Source of the DNA: Eledone cirrhosa
Lineage: Eukaryota
Direction of reading: 5' to 3'
DNA length: 64,000 nt
Assembly (NCBI GenBank): GCA_964016885.1
Contig: OZ024746.1
Span: 59,272,001 to 59,336,000 of the forward strand
Shown here piece by piece: positions 57,967-64,000 of the stretch. The first letter of the stretch is position 1. Each line of letters opens with the position of its first letter. The notes below the pieces were generated by a model. It was given only the letters and a program-made list of their open reading frames with translations. It had not been told where the DNA came from and ran no database searches. The position numbers and the translations under genes are program-made.

Positions 57967-59876
57967 TTACTTACCTTCCGGGGTCTTGTGAAGGTCGGGT
58001 GGTTCGACCTCCATGGTTTGTGGGGTTTCTTTTGGGAACCCCTTTAATAGTCTTGAAGTGGGTTTTACGTTCGGGGTTCCCACATCCCGAGGAAAGCTCT
58101 TTCGAATTTCTTTGTATGAAGCGAGCGACATTCGCATCAGAAGCAAATTATCTGGTACGCGAAATGTGCTCGCTTCAAATGTTTCCCCCTCTTTTTCGAT
58201 GTTTGTGCTTCGTGCTACATGGGCCATCAATTCCTTGTTGGCCCTTCTGGCAAGCACGAAGTTTTTAATGTTTTGTTGCTCGGGTTTTATTTGTTCGTGC
58301 GATTGTGGTGGTGATAGCTTTGTTAGTGTTGTTTCTATTGTGTCTGCGTTTGTTGTGGGTGGGGTGTCTGTAGTTTCTGATGTTTGTGTGTCTATTTGTT
58401 CTTGTGTCTGTTTAGCTTGTTTGCGTTTGGGGGATTTTGGTGGTTGTGTTGGTGATGCTGTGGGGAAAATGTTTGTGTGGGTGGTGTGTGTATTTTTTTT
58501 TGTGGGGGTGTTTGTGCTTTGTGGATTTCTTTTTTTTTGTGTTTTGTTTTTTGTATTTTGGGGGACTTTGGTTTTCCCTCATCTTCACTGCTGGAGGATG
58601 AGGGGTCTGTGGCTGTGAGCGTGTTTGTGTCTGAGTGAGTGTTTATGTTCTTGTTCGTGTGTGTATTTTGGGGGGGAGGGGGAATGGGAGAGCTTTCCTC
58701 GTTTCCCCCCTGGGTGTGCAATTTTGGTGGTTCCATTGTTGACGGTGTTGCTGGTGGTCCTTGTCCCGGCGTCGCCAGCAGTGGAATCTTTCGACCCCTT
58801 GCGCTTTTCGGCAGTTGAGGGCAGAAGGCTCGCAAGTGTGTCGTTTCCCCACAAAGGAAACAATGCGGCCTTTTGCCCTCAGTCATTATATGCAACACCC
58901 TCCCGTTTTGGAGGCGGATGTGGTCCTGGATTGCTTTTACGTTTTCGGGTCTGATTTGGAGCAGTATCTCCAGATCAACCCCGGACCAGTCGTCCCTGGC
59001 AGTTCTCGTTGCCTCTACCGGGACTGTATCCGTTCCTTCCACGATTACGCAACCCAGGAGCCACCACATATCAAGTCCTGGTGGAATCCTGGGAATGCGC
59101 ACACGTGCTATTCGTTTTCCCATGTGGGAGGGGTACATTATGACCTTGCTGGTTTTGCAAGGGGTCATTGAATGCTTCACAGCGAGGGCTTCAGACATGA
59201 ACAGCACCGAAACGGTGCCGTATTGCCTGCCCCTCTCTATGAAGTCTGTGTCCTCTCTGATGTATTTCAGTGCGGCTTCTATATCAGCTTGGGCGATTAT
59301 TGCTGCCCTCTTTGTCTCTACTGAGATGCATCTGAAATGCACCGTTCTTTTTTCCACTGCCTCAATGGCTTCTGCCGGGACAGTTAAGTTTGCCCAGGTC
59401 TGCTCTTGATTTATGATTTTCCAGGCCTGGGCCAACTTTTCCTCTCTGTTGGTTAAGTCGATGCTGTAGCATGGTCTCCTTTTAGCCGCTGCCACAGCAG
59501 CGAAGGTGTTCTTGTTGGTGTTGTCACTGTTGTTGTTCTTGTTGGTGTTGCTGCTGCTATTGCTGTTGTTGTTCTCCCCTGTGTCGTGGTTACCCTCTGT
59601 GCTGTTGGCCTTGTTGGTGCTGCTGCTGTCGCTACTATTACTCTCTGTGCTGTTCGTTTTGTTGGTGCTCTCGCTATTACCACCTTCTGCGCTGTTCGGC
59701 TTGTTGGTGTTGGTGTTGTCGCTGTTACCACCTTCCGAGCCGCTCGGCCCGTTGGTGCTGGCACTGTCGCTGCTCACACTCGTGCTGGTGGCGCTCCTCG
59801 CCCCACCTCTCCTCTCAACGCTCAAGTCGCCGTTGCACGACAGCAGACCCGCCTCTAGGGGGCGTGGCTCCGCCAT
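57967..59876 (-). CDS. ORF1 of element C (nucleic-acid-binding, CCHC knuckle); C-terminal part 57967..58257 in another frame
   Basis: 494-aa ORF with N/S/T-rich N-terminus and CFLCGETTHLRAFC. The downstream 96-aa piece is homologous to 47836..48027. Confidence 0.85.
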
Positions 59877-60086
59877 GTTTTTTTGAGAAAAAAAATTATT
59901 ATTTTTCCAAAATAAAGTTCAAATATTTGGGCCAAAAGGCCAAATATTATGAGTTATTCCTTCACAGGATACAAATGAATGTCTTATAATGCTTCAGCGG
60001 TACAAAAAAATAAACAATTCTCTACAATTAATCCTCAAAAAATTGCTTACTCACGGAGCTTCAAAAAACGTACATCCACTTTCGTC

Positions 60087-60116
<30 letters not shown>

Positions 60117-60118
<2 letters not shown>

Positions 60119-63100
60119 TTTCTTTATTAACCACAAGGGTTTACATAAAGTAGACATTAAGGACAGTGCAGGACAATGCAGGACGGTACAAATGGGCATT
60201 TCTGCGTGTAAAAAAACAAAAACAGAGGATGTAACAAAAATAACAATGAAAATAACAATGAAAAATTCCCCAATAGGGGGGAGACTTCGGAGGGACATTT
60301 GTGGAGAAAGCCCAGTGAAAAGCCACAATGACCCTGACCACCAAGGCAAGTGCCCTCTCCCAGTTTTCCACCTTTAGTTTACAGATATATACTCAGAGTC
60401 GGCCCATTCACTCGGGCCATTCTTGCTTCTCTCACCCATCTTTCAACAAAATGCTGGGAAGAGAGCACTTCCCTCTCTACTCTGATTTTCCTTTTCAAAT
60501 GAAATTTGAAAAAGTCAATCAGAGCATCACCGAAGAGGTAAGTGCTCGTCTTCAGCCCTTTCAAACGTGTCCACCATACTATCTCTTTCGCCATGGCCAC
60601 CAGACAGATAAAAACTGCCTGCCCTTCCCGGCTAAAGGAGGAGGGCGGGGCAATCCTCACGATGGACTCAGATGATAGCTGGATCCGTCCTAAACGCGAC
60701 AGCAGGTGTTCGACATAAACCCACAAGTCAGCAATTTTCGGACACTGGACGAGTGCGTGCAGGACGGTTTCGTCGCCCTGCGCGCATCTCGGACATGCCC
60801 GGCTGACGGCACCTCCATGCCTGTAGAGTTTATCCCGAACTGGCAAGGCTCCTCGGTAGCACTGCCAGGCCAGAGATTTCTGGAAGTTGTCCATAGGCCC
60901 TGGCCCGAAAGTTCTTCCGAAGAACTAGTTGATTTTCGTCGACGCCTAGAGTTTCCCCAAGTACGTCGTCGCTCTTCCCCTCCACTAATCCTCTATAGAA
61001 CGCCGAGGTGGAGTTTCCACCGATCACATTGCCCGATTGGTCGAGGGCTGTGAGCGCCTGAAGACATTCCAGTCTCCAGGCGCTCCCTCTCGGTCTTCGC
61101 TTGACCCAGGACTGCAGCTCCGTCAAGGAAACGAGCTGGGGAAAAACGCGTCTAGCAAACGGCGACCACACCTGATCACCGTCGAGGAAGAGGTGGAGAT
61201 GTCGTAGCCTGAGCGCGTGCCTGCGCATCATCAGCCACGGCATGCCCAGCCCTCCACGTAGCGGGTGTTGACAACAGATGGACCGCCTGACCATCGGAGC
61301 ACGTCCCTTCCACAAAAAGCGAAAGAGCAAACGCTCCAGCGCAGTCAGGCGAGGCTTAGTACAAGGTACGACGGTTAGGCGGTAGCAGATGACAGACGCG
61401 ATGTACGCGTTAGCCACCTCCGCTCGACCTTTCAGGGATAGCTTCCTCTCCGCCCATTTCTGGGTGAGAGAAGCCACCCTGCTCGTCACCTCGTCCCAGT
61501 TTTTGTCCGTCTGGAGGTCCGGACCGAACCAGACCCCTAGCAATTTAACCGGTCCGTCCGTCCAGCGCCCGACGACGCTGTTGGACGGCATGGACCTGCC
61601 TCTCCAGGTGCCGAGATGCAGGCCCACTGACTTTTCCTGGTTGATCATTGCTCCTGTCACCGCTTCGTATTCTCTTAGTGTAGTGCCGATCGCCTCGATG
61701 TGTTTGGCGTTCGACACCACTACGGTGACATCGTCCGCATATGCTGACACGGATCTTCCGCATCCTAGTTCGCGCGGGACTCCCCTCAACGTCTCCAGTT
61801 TGTGCAGTAATGGCTCGAGAGTCAATACGTACAAGAGGGACGAGAGAGGACATCCTTGGCGGACCGAGCGCATGATGTTGAACGGTTCCGACAGGTGACC
61901 GTTCACTCTCACCACAGAGCAGATGTCGCTGTGCATGGCAGCGATCCAGCCTCTGAAGACGGGCCCAAAGCCAGCCGCCCTCAGGACTGCCGCTAGGTAA
62001 CGATGGTCGACCCTATCGAAAGCTTTCGACTGATCTAAATTGATCAAGGACCCACCCGTGCCAGGTTCCCTAGCTACCCTCTCTACGATGTATCGCATGA
62101 GGTGGAGGTTGTCGTGGATGGATCTGTCGGGAATGGCGCATGTCTGCGCCTCTCCCACCAGACCACCAACGACAAGCGCCAACCTCTTTGCTAGCACCTT
62201 GGCCAAAATCTTAAACTCTGTGTTTAGCAGAGTTATGGGCCGGAAATTGTCTATGTTATCCCCCTTGTTCGGATCCTTTCTCAGCAGTGCCACCGCTCCT
62301 CGGCTCACAGAACTGGGAATTCTCCCGTTCTGTTGCCAGTTGCAGTAGACGTCCGCCAAGAGGCCTCCGAACAAGTCTGGCATCTGTACGTAAAGTTCAT
62401 AGGGCAGACCATCCAAACCAGGCGATTTACCCCTTGTGCAGCCAGCCATTGCCTCCCGTACTTCAGCGGCTGTTATCGGCTTTTCGCAACACCTCGCCTC
62501 AGTGGCCGAGAGCCGCGGCAGTCCGTCGAGGTAGACACTAAAGTCCATCCCTCTACCCGGCCCCCCGCTGCCCCCGAACAGCTGAGCGAAGTGTCGCTGA
62601 AAAGCTTCACACATTTGCCCGGGATCGAGTAGCATGCGCCCGTCGTGGTCCACCAAAGACTGGATCGTGGCTTTGTTGCCACGACGCGCCTCCGCCACTC
62701 GGGCCCATTGAACGGCTTTCGTCCCCTCGTGTCTGAGAGCACGCACCCTAGCTCTGACAACGCAGCCTTCGTGCTTTGCATTGAAGAATTGGTCAAGGGC
62801 CAATTTCGCCGCAAGCACGTCGGTCGCAATGCCTTTGCTAAGCGCCTCGTCTAATTTTCTAACTAGTTCTCCCTCTGCTCTATTTTTCTCTATTGCTAAA
62901 GCCTTACTAAACCTAATCGATTCTATTCTAATCGCTCTTTTCAGAGCAAACCACCACTTGTTGTTGACGATGGCCCCCGTCAACGCCCGCTTAACTAGTT
63001 CGCTAATCCGGTCTCTGTAGGCCTTGCGCGCTGGTAAGGACGCGTTTAGCTTCCAGTAGCCGGGTCCTCGTCTATGAAGCCTATCTAAGTCAAGCACACA

Positions 63101-64000
63101 GGTCACGAATTTGTGGTCCGTGTAGCTGACTATCTTGAATTGTGGACAGCCTATGCTAGACCTATCTATTTCCCTACAAAATACTCTATCTAGATATGAT
63201 CTGGATGACCCTATGCGGTTTGTCCAAGTCCACATTGGCACATTCGGGAAATCCAATCGGTACCTGTCAGACAGTTCAAAACGCCAGAGCAGGTTGGTGA
63301 GGCTCTTGCACCCTCCACCCCTATCCGCTAATCCCACACAGTCCCAGCGTGCATCTAAGATCCCGTTCCAGTCGCCCACTAACACTAAAGAGCGGGACGT
63401 TCCAAGAAAGGTCTCCAGACGCCGGAAGAAATCAGGCCGCCCTGCTCCTGTCGGGGCATAGACGGCCACTAGCCTGAAAGCTTGCCCGTCTCCGCTGGTC
63501 ACGTCCAGCACCACCAGCTTACCCTCTGGGTCCAGGAAGATGGCCCGTATGGCGAGATCCAAACCTCTCCGAAAAAGCACAGCAACTCCTCCACCCGATC
63601 CAGGACGGCTGGGAGATGCGTACACATCGTAGCCGCCGAAGATCGGTGCGAAGGCCCGTGCTTCGGAGATTCTGGTCTCGCTGATGGCCACTACATCTAT
63701 GTTTAGTGACCTGAGGTCGTTGAGCAGGTGACCCTGCTTCCATGACGACCCCAAGCCACGCGCATTTATGCTGCCTATTCTGAGTGAGGTCATGTTTAAA
63801 ATAGAGTGGAAAAGATGGGAAAGACCACTTACCGTACTTTTGGTAGAGGAGGGATGGTTTTTACATCCCTTTTCACTTGATCGTCTGGTGAAGGGACCGT
63901 TGAATCGTCCCTTCGGCTGGTCGTCGGCTCTTCTAAGAGAATGTCTGAATATACTCTTCGATTGATGGTTCCTCCTAGGTCCCTGAAATCACCAACTGCG
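60117..64000 (-). mobile_element. Tx1-clade element D (subfamily 2), continues past the window end
   Basis: 3' UTR 60117-60378, ORF2 60379-63793, putative ORF1 end beyond ~63830. Confidence 0.95.
60379..63793 (-). CDS. ORF2 of element D (APE-RT-CCHC), one frameshift near 60925
   Basis: 987-aa ORF 60830..63793 continues in ORF 60379..60894 (MDNFQKSLAWQCYRGALPVRDKLY...CPRC). A small deletion is apparent relative to elements B and C. Confidence 0.93.

Larger units (their letters stand above)
54254..60086 (-). mobile_element. Tx1-clade element C, full length, nearly intact (subfamily 1)
   Basis: 5' UTR, ORF1, ORF2 and 3' UTR all present; bounded by (AAT)~16 and (AAT)10. Confidence 0.95.

Noticed and set aside
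44095-64000. LTR retrotransposon, endogenous virus or bacterial retron/group II intron interpretation of the RTs
   Set aside because: APE endonuclease-RT-CCHC layout, no LTRs, integrase or protease, and 5' truncation all indicate non-LTR Tx1/L1-group elements.

Overview
Eukaryotic, AT-rich and extremely microsatellite-dense DNA. The repeat landscape resembles a cephalopod (Octopus-like) genome, but that is inference. No host protein-coding gene can be supported, and most long ORFs in the track are simple-repeat artefacts. The left ~42 kb is a mosaic of microsatellites and minisatellites, tRNA-derived SINEs (at least 3 families), a Helitron 3' end, decayed non-LTR fragments (R4/Dong-like, CRE, RTE) and many small (TA)n-flanked Penelope-like remnants. 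Several remnants contain recognisable type I hammerhead ribozymes, including a 486-bp-period double-hammerhead, retrozyme-like unit at 3966-4757. The right ~20 kb (44095 to the window end) is a head-to-tail array of four Tx1-clade (L1 group; APE-RT-CCHC) retrotransposons on the minus strand. They come from two alternating subfamilies, are joined only by pure (ATT)n spacers, and are more intact toward the 5' (right) side. The 3' terminus of these Tx1 elements resembles the 3' tail of the most common SINE in the window, suggesting a LINE/SINE pair that targets and regenerates (ATT)n sites.
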